Shown here: positions 28,449 to 38,507 of the stretch, piece by piece
Layout of the letters: the number at the start of each line of letters is the position of its first letter
How positions within the stretch are numbered: position 1 is the stretch's first letter
Position numbers and translations under genes: made by a program
Source: Terriglobia bacterium
GTDB taxonomy: Bacteria; Acidobacteriota; Terriglobia; Terriglobales; Acidobacteriaceae
Direction: 5' to 3'
NCBI GenBank assembly: GCA_963733545.1
Contig: CAVTDQ010000002.1
Coordinates: forward strand, 139,565 to 203,564
Length of the DNA: 64,000 nucleotides
Notes under the pieces: generated by a model
Database searches by the model: none
Told to the model about the DNA's origin: nothing
What the model saw: the letters and a program-made list of their open reading frames with translations, nothing else

Positions 28449-29498
28449 TTATTCGGTTGCGGTTATTTTAGTGAGCCGATCGAATTTTCCTGCTTCACGT
28501 CCAACTATTGCCGCAAAAGCCAGTGAGACCATCTGAAGCGGGATCATCTCGATGATCGGACGGATTTCTTTGCTGACCTCGGGCAAGCGGAATGCTTCCA
28601 GGTCTGCATCAGGACCGGCCAGCACAGCCCTGGCGCCGGTCTGGCGGATGTCGTTAACCAACGACTGGTTCAGCGGTTCGACCTCGGCATCGCCTGCGAA
28701 CACCAGAACGAAGCAATCTTGATTCAGCATCTCGAAAGGACCATGGCGGAAGGCAGCACTGGTCATCCCCTCGGAGTGGACGTGTGCCGCTTCTTTCATG
28801 ATCATGCCACCGATCCCCGCGGCGGCAAGAGACGAACCTCGGCCTGTTACGAAAAAGTAGCGAATGCCCTGCAGCTCAGCGATAAGCTTGTCAACATGAC
28901 TTCTCCAGCGGGCAAGGTATTGCTCGACGGCGGGAGCCGCAAGCTCTAACTGGTCTTTGGTGGAACCCAGATCCTGCTGGCCAATGCAGCCGCCAATCCA
29001 CGCTAAAGCTGCCAAAGAGGCGGTGGTCGTCTTGCAGCTTACGGATGCCTCGGGGCCAGCTTGAATGAGTGCGACCACATCCGACTTCAATGCAAGCGGC
29101 GACGAAGCGTCATTGGTAATTGCCAAGATTGTGGGGCGCTCGCCATGTCTATCGATCAGGCGGACGATCTCAGCGCTGCGGCCCGATTGAGAAACGACAA
29201 TGAGCAGCGTGCGGGGGCTTAGAAGCCGCGCCATGAAATGGATCAACTCAGAAGTTTCGGCCATCACAACCGGAAAGCCCAGGTCGATCAGCTTTAAATA
29301 AAGCGGATTGAGGATCTGGAACGAACCGCCCATCCCGGTGAGTACGATCAACTGGTAACTGGCCGCGGAAACACTCTTGGCAAAGTCGTTCAGCTTCTGC
29401 GAACTGGCAAGGCTGGTCAAAGTTTCTCGTATGGCCCTCGGTTGATCCAGGATGTCCCGCAGGTACACGCCTTCAATGATTCGCTGATCAGCGCTCAC
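28449..29498 (-). CDS. Double SIS domain protein (GlmS-isomerase / AgaS / FrlB-like sugar-phosphate or sugar-amine isomerase/deglycase)
   Basis: Two SIS repeats: IVLTGMGGS...VVSQSGRSAE and FFVTGRGSS. Confidence 0.85.
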   Translation of the reverse strand: MSADQRIIEGVYLRDILDQPRAIRETLTSLASSQKLNDFAKSVSAASYQLIVLTGMGGSFQILNPLYLKLIDLGFPVVMAETSELIHFMARLLSPRTLLIVVSQSGRSAEIVRLIDRHGERPTILAITNDASSPLALKSDVVALIQAGPEASVSCKTTTASLAALAWIGGCIGQQDLGSTKDQLELAAPAVEQYLARWRSHVDKLIAELQGIRYFFVTGRGSSLAAAGIGGMIMKEAAHVHSEGMTSAAFRHGPFEMLNQDCFVLVFAGDAEVEPLNQSLVNDIRQTGARAVLAGPDADLEAFRLPEVSKEIRPIIEMIPLQMVSLAFAAIVGREAGKFDRLTKITATE

Positions 29499-29588
29499 AG
29501 TTTGTTCCTCTCTGGGATGTTTTCGATTCCTTTGTACTGGGGCAGCGGGCGACGATTACAGGCGGCCCTGGTCGAGCGCTCCCCTTCA

Positions 29589-30920
29589 TCAAATGGCGCG
29601 AACCAGACCCTGGCGCGTGGCACGGGTGTTGCGTACCAGCATCAGAACCAGAATCATTCCCACAAAAGGGACCAGCCCGGCAACGATGATGATGGTGTCG
29701 AAGGAATGAGTCGCCAATGATTGATGCATGTCGGAAAAATACCCGATGAATTTGAACGCTATGATGGTCCCGATTCCCGCCCCGGTTCCGCTTAGACCAC
29801 TGACCGAAGCTACGGAACCGCTATGAAACAAGTCGGATGGCAGCACATTTGCGATCGTGGAAAATGATGCATATGAAAACGTGGCCAGAGCGAAGAGCAC
29901 GGTAATCGCAGTCAGATTCACGGTAAAGATCGTTGGGATAAGCAGCATCACGCCCGTTCCCCCAAAGACAGCGATCGCCTTGCGAGCCGCTCCCAGCGAC
30001 CAACCGCGTTTGATTAAATATCCGGAAGCCCACCCGCCAAAGAAATTACCTAGGTCGGCGGCAATAAACGGAATCCACACCGCGATCAATCCGCTCTTCA
30101 GCGAAATCCCTTTGGCTACCAGGTAGATGGGAAACCAGTCGGCAATAAAAAACCAGACCGGATCAGTAAGCGCCTTTGCGATGATCGTTCCCCAGGTTTG
30201 CGGCAACTTCAACAGATGACCCCAGCTCAGCCGATTGTGGCCCGTGGTTTCGCTTACTTCGGCGGTCTCGGCCAGGATCATTTCACGCTCAACCGGGCTG
30301 ATTCTGGGATGGTCTTTAGGCAGGTGATACATGCGGCGCCAAACCATCAGCCACACGAAACCCAACATTCCTGGAAGCACAAACGCCGGCCGCCATCCCC
30401 AGTGAAAGTACACCCAATACACGAGGAACGGAGCGATGGCACCCCCGATGGAGGAGCCACTATCGAACAGCGCCGTCGCTGTTCCCCGCTCGCTTTTGGG
30501 AAACCATTCCGAGACCGCCTTGGTCGCACCGGGCCAGTTCGCGGATTCGCCCGCTCCCAGCAGAAACCGAAATACCGCAAAACTGTAGAGGCCAGTCGCC
30601 AGCGAAGTCGAAATCGAAACGATCGAGTACCACAGCACCGAAAGGCTCAAGCCTCGTCTGGTGCCAATCCGATCAATCAACCTTCCACATACCGTTTGAC
30701 CAATGGAGTAAGCGACGCGAAATCCGATCAGCAGATTGGCGTAATCGCTGTTTGCCCAGTGGTAATCACGTTTAAGGTATGGAGCGAGAAGAGATAGGGT
30801 CTGGCGATCAATGTAGTTGATGACCGTCGAGGCGAACAATAAGCCGCCGATCCACCAACGAAGATTGCGAATTGGTCGCGCATTTCGCACACCGGTTGTT
30901 GATGCCGCGATCATCTGCAC
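29589..30920 (-). CDS. MFS transporter, ACS/hexuronate (ExuT)-like
   Basis: [30 protein letters not shown] is typical of ExuT-like MFS proteins. The profile is multi-TM. Confidence 0.85.
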   Translation of the reverse strand: MQMIAASTTGVRNARPIRNLRWWIGGLLFASTVINYIDRQTLSLLAPYLKRDYHWANSDYANLLIGFRVAYSIGQTVCGRLIDRIGTRRGLSLSVLWYSIVSISTSLATGLYSFAVFRFLLGAGESANWPGATKAVSEWFPKSERGTATALFDSGSSIGGAIAPFLVYWVYFHWGWRPAFVLPGMLGFVWLMVWRRMYHLPKDHPRISPVEREMILAETAEVSETTGHNRLSWGHLLKLPQTWGTIIAKALTDPVWFFIADWFPIYLVAKGISLKSGLIAVWIPFIAADLGNFFGGWASGYLIKRGWSLGAARKAIAVFGGTGVMLLIPTIFTVNLTAITVLFALATFSYASFSTIANVLPSDLFHSGSVASVSGLSGTGAGIGTIIAFKFIGYFSDMHQSLATHSFDTIIIVAGLVPFVGMILVLMLVRNTRATRQGLVRAI

Positions 30921-31012
30921 CTCAGCAGGGTTCGGGCCCCGCCCCTTTAGATTTCGTCTTGAAGTTGGGTCGATACGCCGGCGCTCAATTACTCTGCCAG
31001 AGTAGCAGCAGA

Positions 31013-31042
31013 CGCCACAATCGAGAAGACACGATTGTGGCG
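31013..31042. repeat. 11-bp perfect inverted repeat with 8-nt spacer in a divergent promoter region
   Basis: CGCCACAATCG agaagaca CGATTGTGGCG. Confidence 0.5.
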
Positions 31043-31165
31043 CGACGGCCGAAGTGATGACCTCGGCTGATCCCCGGCCGTCATCGATAAATTGTAGGGG
31101 GCAATCGAAGGAACCCCTACCCGCTATAAAATCAATCCTGGAGTCCAGTGATCTCTACTGCATGC

Positions 31166-31191
31166 GGAATCAACTCTATGGGAATCAACTC
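31166..31191. repeat. 11-bp direct repeat (GGAATCAACTC x2, 15-nt period), 30-55 bp upstream of the ATG at 31222
   Basis: GGAATCAACTC occurs at 31166-31176 and 31181-31191. Confidence 0.5.
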
Positions 31192-31221
31192 GTGTGACGC
31201 TCCGGAACTGAACTGGAAGAA

Positions 31222-32322
31222 ATGACAATTCACATTGGATTGATTGGCGGCGGCAATATCACCGAGACTCACGCGCGAGCAGCCCGTGCCATTGCCGGAG
31301 TTGAAATTGCGGCCATCTATGGAACCAACGAAAAGAAAGTCGCTGCTTTATGTCACGAGCATGGCGGCAAGTCATATCAGGACTTCGATGCGTTCCTCGC
31401 CCATCGTCCAATGGATCTGGTGGCCATCGGTAGCCCATCGGGGTTGCACGCGGCTCAAGGCATCGCCGCAGCGCAGCGCGGCTTGCACGTGATTACCGAG
31501 AAACCGATCGACATCAGCACGGAACGTGCGGATGCGCTCATAGAAGCTGCCCAACGCAATAACGTTAAGCTGGGGGTAATGTTTCAGGACCGAGTGAAAC
31601 CTGCAATTCGGCGGCTTCGCGAATGGATTCGTGATGGAGTTATTGGCCGACCCCTGCTGGTAGAGGCGCGAGTGAAATGGTATCGGCCGGCGGAATACTA
31701 TAGCGGATCCCGATGGCGCGGCACCTTCGCCCTGGATGGAGGGGGCGCGCTGATCAACCAGGCGGTGCACACGGTCGATCTGCTGCTATGGTTGCTCGGT
31801 GATGTGGTGCGGGTGCAGTCACGCACTGCGACGAATCTTCACAAGATCGAAGGCGAAGACACTGCAGTCGCCATTCTGGAGTTTGCCAACGGGGCGCTGG
31901 GTGTGTTCCACGCGACCACGGCCGCTTACCCGGGATATCCGCGACGGGTCGAGATCACCGGAACCGAGGGCACCGTGATTCTGGAACAGGATCGCATCCT
32001 CGCAGCAAACCTGCGTAATGTCCCCGAGAATATCGGCGCCAGCATTGTGTCGGACGAAAATCAAAGTGAGTCTTCCGCCGTAGTCAGCGACTTTCGTGGA
32101 CATCAGGCATTGCTTGAAGATTTCATTCGCGCAATCAAGCTGGATGTAGATCCGGTCTGTAGCGGTAGCGAAGGACGAAGAAGTATCGCTCTGGTGGAGG
32201 CGATCTATCAGGCTGGTCACAATGGCGAGCACGCCAGTGTCTCTGAAATGACTGGTCACAGGGCCATTCATCGGGTTGGATCAGGAGGGCTGCTATGCGA
32301 TGTGCGCGACCTGTTTATCTGA
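31222..32322 (+). CDS. Gfo/Idh/MocA family oxidoreductase
   Basis: MTIHIGLIGGGNITETHARAA Rossmann start and the HVITEKPI (EKP) motif. The 3' end overlaps the convergent uvrA-like gene by 30 nt. Confidence 0.85.
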   Translation: MTIHIGLIGGGNITETHARAARAIAGVEIAAIYGTNEKKVAALCHEHGGKSYQDFDAFLAHRPMDLVAIGSPSGLHAAQGIAAAQRGLHVITEKPIDISTERADALIEAAQRNNVKLGVMFQDRVKPAIRRLREWIRDGVIGRPLLVEARVKWYRPAEYYSGSRWRGTFALDGGGALINQAVHTVDLLLWLLGDVVRVQSRTATNLHKIEGEDTAVAILEFANGALGVFHATTAAYPGYPRRVEITGTEGTVILEQDRILAANLRNVPENIGASIVSDENQSESSAVVSDFRGHQALLEDFIRAIKLDVDPVCSGSEGRRSIALVEAIYQAGHNGEHASVSEMTGHRAIHRVGSGGLLCDVRDLFI

Positions 32323-34896
32323 CTGCGTAGCAATGTTTTGTTCGGCGAGAGTAAGGAATCGTGCCAGGTAGGGCGCAGTACGACTTTGCGATGCCTGGGA
32401 CAGTTCGCGCGGCGTCCCGGACGCGACTACGTGACCGCCTTCTTCTCCCGCGCCCGGACCAATATCGATAACCCAGTCGCTGGCCGCCACAACGCGCATG
32501 TCATGTTCCACGACGACGACGGTGTTGCCGGATTGGACCAAGCCATCGAGCTGCGCAATGAGTCTGTCTATATCTGCCGGATGCAGTCCCGTGGTCGGCT
32601 CATCGAGAATGTACAGAGTATTGCCGCGCTGAGCTCGTTGTAATTCGGTCGCGAGCTTGATCCTTTGCGCTTCTCCTCCTGAAAGTTCGGTCGCGGATTG
32701 ACCGAGCCTCAAATAACCCAGCCCCACTTCACGCAAGACACCCAGTGCGTGGCGCGTCTGCGCATCGTCGGCGAAGAATTTCCAGGCGGCATCCACGGTC
32801 ATCCCCAACACTTCGGCGATATTTTTGTCGCGATACTTTATTTCCAGAATCTTTGCGTTGTAGCGCGCGCCATGACAGGCCGGACAGGGGGCGTAAACAC
32901 TGGGGAGAAAAAGTAGTTCCACCATGACGAAACCTTCGCCCTTGCAGGTTTCGCAACGGCCCTTGGGGACGTTAAATGAAAAGTGGCCGGCGCCGTAGTG
33001 ACGCGCGCGCGCCTCCTTGGTCGAAGCGAACAGGCTTCGAACATGATCGAACAGACCCGTGTAGGTGGCCGGGTTGGAGCGAGGCGTGCGTCCGATAGGC
33101 CGCTGATCCACCACCACCAGCCGCTTGATGAATTCCATTCCAGCAGTGATTTGTCCATCCAGAGTGACCGGTGCGGTGCGCTCCAGATCTTCGCTCTCTT
33201 CCGCATTCAGCGGGATGTCATGGCCGAGGTGTTCGGCGACCAGTTCCACCAGCGCCTGGCTAGCCAGACTCGATTTGCCTGAGCCGGAAACGCCAGTCAC
33301 GGTGGTGAGCACTCCGAGCGGAAAAGCTGCAGCGAGATTGTGCAGGTTGTTGCGGGTGACGCCGGTCAAACGCAGCCACCCACTTGGCAGGCGCGGCGTC
33401 CGGTTGGGCGGTGCATCGTGGCCGAACAGGTATCGTCGAGTGTGGGATTGTTCGATCTTATCCAGCCCTGCAGGGGGGCCACTGTACAGCACATGACCGC
33501 CGCCTTCGCCCGCCAGTGGCCCTACATCAACAATCCAATCGGCACGGGCGATGACGTCAAGATCATGTTCGACCACAAAGAGTGAGTTGCCCGAAGATTT
33601 CAACTGATCGAGCGCCTTCAATAATGACTCGGTGTCCGCGGGATGAAGCCCGGCGGAGGGCTCATCCAGTACATAGACCACTCCGAACAAGTTCGAACGG
33701 ACCTGAGTGGCCAGCCGCAGGCGTTGCAATTCGCCAGGGGAAAGGGTTGGCGTGCTTCTTTCAAGCGTGAGATAACCGAGGCCGAGATCGAGCAAAACCG
33801 TAAGCCGGGCGCAAAGATCCTGAGCGATCCGCTGTACGACCTCCGCTTTCTCCGGATGTTCCGCTGCCATTTTTTCCACGTTGGCCGCCGTTCCCCTGGA
33901 ATATGGGTCCATGATCTTGTCCAACCGGGCCAACGGCAGTCTTGAGATATCGGCTATGTCGAACCCGGCAAACTTCACCGACAACGACTCGCGACGCAAT
34001 CGCTTGCCCTGGCAGAGCGGACAATCCGTGCTCAGCATGTACTGGGCTACGCGTTTTTTCATCATCGGACTGTCAGTGTTGGCGAAGGTATGCAGCACGT
34101 GCCGGCGGGCGCTGGTAAAAGTCCCGTTGTAGCTGGGCTCTTCCTTGCGTTTGAAGGCGCGTCTGGTTTCGGCCGGAGTAAATCCAGCATAGACCGGCAC
34201 CACCGGCTGCTCCTCGGTGAAGAGAATCCAGTCGCGATCTTTTTTGGAGAGCTCTCGCCAGGGCACGTCAACGTTATAGCCGAGCGTAGTAAGGATGTCG
34301 CGCTGGTTCTGTCCCGCCCATCCGATAGGCCATGCTGCAATAGCGCGCTCGCGAATCGTCAGCGAGTCATCGGGCACCATCGAACGTTCGGTCACCTCGT
34401 AAACTCGACCCAGCCCGTGACAGCGAGGACACGCGCCTTCCGGCGTGTTCGGCGAAAAAGATTCCGCATACAGCAGCGGCTGGTTACGAGGATAATCTCC
34501 GGCGCGTGAATACAGCATCCGCAATAAATTGGAAAGCGTCGTGACACTGCCCACCGAGGAACGCGTAGTCGGCGAGCCGCGCTGCTGCTGCAACGCAACC
34601 GCGGGAGGCAAGCCATCGATTTCGTCGACCTCCGGCACAGCCATCTGATGGAACAGACGCCTGGCATAGGGGGAAACCGATTCGAGATACCGGCGCTGCG
34701 CCTCCGCGTAAAGCGTGCCGAATGCAAGCGACGACTTTCCCGAACCCGACACGCCGGTGAAGACTACCAGGGCATCACGCGGGATATCGACGTCAATGTT
34801 CTTGAGGTTATGCTCGCGAGCTCCACGCACCCGAACAAAACCCTTAGACCCCTGGACGGGATTGGCGGAAACACGGCGATCGGCTGGTTTTTTCAA
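32293..34896 (-). CDS. uvrA: UvrA-family ABC ATPase, class II paralog (excinuclease ABC subunit A-like, lacking the UvrB-binding insert)
   Basis: [51 protein letters not shown] matches the UvrA N-terminus. After [10 protein letters not shown] the sequence runs almost directly into the second zinc module ([17 protein letters not shown]), where canonical UvrA carries the ~140-aa UvrB-binding domain. Two ABC modules are present, total 867 aa. The start is TTG with no clear SD, so the start is uncertain. Confidence 0.9.
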   Translation of the reverse strand: MKKPADRRVSANPVQGSKGFVRVRGAREHNLKNIDVDIPRDALVVFTGVSGSGKSSLAFGTLYAEAQRRYLESVSPYARRLFHQMAVPEVDEIDGLPPAVALQQQRGSPTTRSSVGSVTTLSNLLRMLYSRAGDYPRNQPLLYAESFSPNTPEGACPRCHGLGRVYEVTERSMVPDDSLTIRERAIAAWPIGWAGQNQRDILTTLGYNVDVPWRELSKKDRDWILFTEEQPVVPVYAGFTPAETRRAFKRKEEPSYNGTFTSARRHVLHTFANTDSPMMKKRVAQYMLSTDCPLCQGKRLRRESLSVKFAGFDIADISRLPLARLDKIMDPYSRGTAANVEKMAAEHPEKAEVVQRIAQDLCARLTVLLDLGLGYLTLERSTPTLSPGELQRLRLATQVRSNLFGVVYVLDEPSAGLHPADTESLLKALDQLKSSGNSLFVVEHDLDVIARADWIVDVGPLAGEGGGHVLYSGPPAGLDKIEQSHTRRYLFGHDAPPNRTPRLPSGWLRLTGVTRNNLHNLAAAFPLGVLTTVTGVSGSGKSSLASQALVELVAEHLGHDIPLNAEESEDLERTAPVTLDGQITAGMEFIKRLVVVDQRPIGRTPRSNPATYTGLFDHVRSLFASTKEARARHYGAGHFSFNVPKGRCETCKGEGFVMVELLFLPSVYAPCPACHGARYNAKILEIKYRDKNIAEVLGMTVDAAWKFFADDAQTRHALGVLREVGLGYLRLGQSATELSGGEAQRIKLATELQRAQRGNTLYILDEPTTGLHPADIDRLIAQLDGLVQSGNTVVVVEHDMRVVAASDWVIDIGPGAGEEGGHVVASGTPRELSQASQSRTAPYLARFLTLAEQNIATQSDKQVAHIA

Positions 34897-34907
34897 GGAA
34901 CGGAAGA

Positions 34908-35219
34908 CTAACCGGTTTTGTCAAACGCATCCAACGCAGGATAAGGATTGCGTTCGTTCTGCACGGGCTTCCTGCACGCGGTAGTCAGGTGGTAGTCATA
35001 GCATTGAATGCAGAACGACTGTCTACAACAAATCTCCTGGCAGTCTGCGCAGATTGCGGTTCCGCAGTCGGAACACACTCCCACAGCGGGTTTACCACAT
35101 GGAAGACCCTGATCCGACCACGAGGCAACGTATTCGATCTGGCAGCTGGAATCCATGATAATTCGATTCCTACGGCGTAATGAGGTTGCCCTATCCGGCC
35201 TCGAGATTTCCCCACGCAA
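34908..35219 (-). CDS. Small cysteine-rich protein, B-box / cross-brace zinc-finger-like. The likely start is ATG 35156, giving 82 aa.
   Basis: [56 protein letters not shown] has 11 Cys including three CxxC pairs. It ends 11 nt before the uvrA-like start on the same strand. Confidence 0.5.
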   Translation of the reverse strand: MRGEISRPDRATSLRRRNRIIMDSSCQIEYVASWSDQGLPCGKPAVGVCSDCGTAICADCQEICCRQSFCIQCYDYHLTTACRKPVQNERNPYPALDAFDKTG

Positions 35220-35264
35220 GGCAATATCGGGGCGAACTGCTGAAATCAGCCACCTGCCACGAAT

Positions 35265-36215
35265 CTAACCTTTACGCACTTCAATCTGCCCGGCCCGCAC
35301 GCGCACTTCCAGACAGGGTTGCGGATGAACCGCAGGGCCATCAAGGACTCGACCATCCTGCAGTGCAAACCGGGAGGAGTGATGAGGACACACAATGCTG
35401 TCTGCATCCAGTTTGCCTTCCGCAAGCGGCCCACTAAAATGCGAGCAGGTTTCAGCCAACGCAAAAATACGTTGGCCGCGACGAACCAGGAGAATGGGGA
35501 CATCCCCGTACATGGCACGCGTAGGTTTGCCGTCCGCCAGTTCTGACTCAGCCAGGATCGCCGAGAACTCCTTCGGAAAAATCTGCCCATCGGTTTGATC
35601 GACGCCTACCCGATGCCGGTACACCATATCGCCGCCGAGGTGGGCGGAATAGCCCATGACCACATAACCTAAAGACGAGACAATGCGAGCGGTTTGACGC
35701 GATTTTTTTCTGCGTAAAAGCAGTGAAGTCAAAAATAGAAACGAACCACCCAGGTTTAAAAGACCGTGCACCAGGCCGATGCTGCGGGCCGGAGGGTCGA
35801 CATCGGACCAATCCGTAATACCGGTTCCAGCCGCACCAACCGCTCCGATCAATCCTACGGCGATCGATGTGTCTGCAGCGAGTGCAAACTCGCGCCGGTG
35901 AGACACAATCTCCAGGACGTCAAAGACCATTGCCACGGTCCAGGCCCCAATCGGTATATCGGTAAGCACGGCATGCAGTGGCTCGCCAAGCCAAGTGCCG
36001 TTTAGAAAGTTTCTCGTGGCTTGCGCTGCGGGGTTTCCGTTTGCATAGAGAGCTTTATCCAGCAGCTTCTGAACTTTCTCTTCCAGCGGTGACGGCGACG
36101 AGGGCCGCGGCGAATCTGCCTGTGGAACCACTTTTTCATCAGCCATTTCGGAGTTACTGCCTGGTTTTTCCATCGCACCCTCTTCTGTCCTGAAGACTTC
36201 AAATTCCCAGGGCAA
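35265..36215 (-). CDS. Membrane DUF2231-like domain fused to a C-terminal Rieske [2Fe-2S] domain
   Basis: GTWLGEPLHAVLTDIPIGAW plus 3-4 TM segments (DUF2231-like). The Rieske motif is CSHFSGPLAEGKLDADSIVCPHH (CxH-x16-CxxH). Confidence 0.8.
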   Translation of the reverse strand: MPWEFEVFRTEEGAMEKPGSNSEMADEKVVPQADSPRPSSPSPLEEKVQKLLDKALYANGNPAAQATRNFLNGTWLGEPLHAVLTDIPIGAWTVAMVFDVLEIVSHRREFALAADTSIAVGLIGAVGAAGTGITDWSDVDPPARSIGLVHGLLNLGGSFLFLTSLLLRRKKSRQTARIVSSLGYVVMGYSAHLGGDMVYRHRVGVDQTDGQIFPKEFSAILAESELADGKPTRAMYGDVPILLVRRGQRIFALAETCSHFSGPLAEGKLDADSIVCPHHSSRFALQDGRVLDGPAVHPQPCLEVRVRAGQIEVRKG

Positions 36216-36417
36216 AGTCGTTTAGGAATTGAATGGAGGACGGACGTCCCCGCCCGTCTGCCCGCTTGCATCGTTTGGATGGCTTCGAGAGACGATGCGT
36301 TGTGAGCAAATGCGATGACATGCAGAAACTTGACCTCGTACTAACTGACCGCATCCGAACCCAACCCGCGCGCCGCCGAGGTATTTTCACGGAGCGAAAC
36401 GTTTCTGTTGAGAGCTT

Positions 36418-38124
36418 TTATCGCTTCAACAGGCTTTGGAGCTTTTTCCAGGGGAGGCAGTTGAGAACATCCGACTTTTCCAGCCCAGCCCGTCGCGCCT
36501 GGTTGAGCCCGTATTCAATGTTGTCATATTCGCGGGTGCTATGTGCATCCGTCGAAATAGCAATCTTGACACCAGCCAGTCGCGCCGCCCGGGCGTTCTC
36601 CGCCGAAAGATCAAGCCGGTCGGGACTTGAATTAATCTCGAAAAAACAGCCAGCTTGTCTCGCGCGCGTAATGATCCGGTCGACATCGATTTCGTATCCT
36701 GGACGTTTCAGAAGCAGTCGCCCGGTTGCGTGCCCCAGGATGTTGAAATAGCGATTGTCCATCGCACGTAAGATTCGATCAGTTTGAATGTCTTTTCCCA
36801 GGGCAAAGCGGGAGTGAATGGAACAAACCGTGTAATCAAGCTCGCGTAACAGATCGTCCGGGTAATCGAGCGAACCGTCCGCCAGAATATCCACCTCCGC
36901 CGATTTCAAGATACGGATTCCATGCATGCGTTCGTTCAACTTGTCGATATTACGGATCTGCATCCACAGATCCTCGATGGATACACCGCCGGCAATTTTC
37001 AAGCTCTGCGAATGATCCGTGATTCCAACATATTCGTACCCTTTGGCCTTTGCCGCCATCGCCATTTCTTCGATTGAATCGGAACCGTCGCTCGATGTTG
37101 AATGGGCATGAAGTTCGCCACGCACGTCGTTCACTGTTACCAGCTGGGGGAGCGTCCCTTGAACCGCCCGGTCCACCTCGTCATAACCCTCGCGAAGTTC
37201 GGGGTCGATGAATTGCAATCCGAATGCTCCGTAGAATGCGGCTTCTGTAGCAAAAGAACTTTTAGCAGCCAAAGACTTCAAACTGCCCGTCAGGCTCGTG
37301 AGCTTCCTCAGGTGGGCTTCGGAACCGGTACCGGCGATGAGAGCGAGGCCCCAATTCGCGCGCGTGGAGAGTTGAACCTGCAACCGAATTCCTGACGAAT
37401 GGGCAAACAACGCAGAGTCTGTTGAGGAACTGATAAGTTCAGAACGACCGCCGTAGCTCTGAAGCTTCTCGATGATCAAGGAGAAATCGTCAGTCTCGAC
37501 CAGAAATGCGATTTCTTCTATCACCTCAACCCGGCGTCGATAGTCGCCCACGACCTCTACTTTACTGGCCCTGCAACGGTCCAGAAGAAATTGCTCGATG
37601 GCTTCCCGCAACCCGTCCGCTTTGTACAACAGCATCGCATGCGTTTCGGTGATCCCGTGGCGCACGTGTTGCGCCATTCTCAGCCCAAAGTCTTTTTCAA
37701 TTACTCCGTTTTCGAGCTGTTCCCGCAAAGCCTGTATGGAAGAGATCTTGAGCTTTTTGAAGATTCGCAAAATACGTTTCGGGTCGAGCCGCGGATATTC
37801 GCTGATACTCGCAATTTCCGGACTCGCCGCTGAGCGTAGTTTTTCAAGTTTGCCCAAGGTTCCAGTCAGAACGATCTCCCGAATTGCTCCACCGATCGCT
37901 TCCCCTATGCCGGTGTACTGAGTAAGATCGCGTTCTGCGCGGACGAGTTCGTCGATGCTTTCGGACATTTTCCGAAGCTGGGCAGCGGCCCGGTAATACG
38001 CTTTTACCTTGTAAGGATTTTCTTTCTGGGTCGAGAGTAGCTGGGCCAAGGCCTCCAGCCGCTTGGCTATCTCGGCATTGCTCAAAACTGTCAGTCTTTG
38101 ACTCCGAGTCTCGCTTTCTTTCAT
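36418..38124 (-). CDS. polX: Family X DNA polymerase with C-terminal PHP phosphoesterase domain (PolX)
   Basis: ATG at 38124 gives MKESETRSQRLTVLSNAEIAKRLEALAQLLSTQKENPYKVKAYYRAA (PolX HhH N-terminus). PHP blocks are ELHAHSTSSDGSDSIEEM and GITDHS. The 72 codons further upstream in the ORF look non-coding. Confidence 0.9.
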   Translation of the reverse strand: MKESETRSQRLTVLSNAEIAKRLEALAQLLSTQKENPYKVKAYYRAAAQLRKMSESIDELVRAERDLTQYTGIGEAIGGAIREIVLTGTLGKLEKLRSAASPEIASISEYPRLDPKRILRIFKKLKISSIQALREQLENGVIEKDFGLRMAQHVRHGITETHAMLLYKADGLREAIEQFLLDRCRASKVEVVGDYRRRVEVIEEIAFLVETDDFSLIIEKLQSYGGRSELISSSTDSALFAHSSGIRLQVQLSTRANWGLALIAGTGSEAHLRKLTSLTGSLKSLAAKSSFATEAAFYGAFGLQFIDPELREGYDEVDRAVQGTLPQLVTVNDVRGELHAHSTSSDGSDSIEEMAMAAKAKGYEYVGITDHSQSLKIAGGVSIEDLWMQIRNIDKLNERMHGIRILKSAEVDILADGSLDYPDDLLRELDYTVCSIHSRFALGKDIQTDRILRAMDNRYFNILGHATGRLLLKRPGYEIDVDRIITRARQAGCFFEINSSPDRLDLSAENARAARLAGVKIAISTDAHSTREYDNIEYGLNQARRAGLEKSDVLNCLPWKKLQSLLKR

Positions 38125-38507
38125 CTCCGATGCTCTCGTTGTCTGGATGGAAAGTTGGGCACAAGTAAACATGTCTATGATGCCGGTGCAGGAATTACGG
38201 CCAACGGAGAAGTCCTGGCGGACTACTCGTCGCCGCCCGCCTTGCTTAGGGGGATTGCTTTCTCGAACGCTTATCCGCGTTGCGATGCTGTTCAATTGCC
38301 GGTTCGTACTTTCCCATGGAGAAGTCGGGCCGTATTGCAACCGGGGGAAACTCCTGACAACCGTCTTTTTTCTAGCGTGTCCATGCCAGAAACTAGGGCT
38401 CCGTCGGGCGAAAGTCGATCAGGCTGCTGATAAGGCAAGCGCGCCAGTTCGCTCAGGAAATCCTCTTGCTCTACGCTGAACCAAAAAGGTGTATGCTCTC
38501 GAAAAAC

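Noticed and set aside
32293-32322. 30-nt convergent overlap of the Gfo/Idh/MocA gene 3' end with the uvrA-like 3' end
   Set aside because: This probably reflects a poorly conserved C-terminal tail on one of the two ORFs. It is not a regulatory feature I can support.
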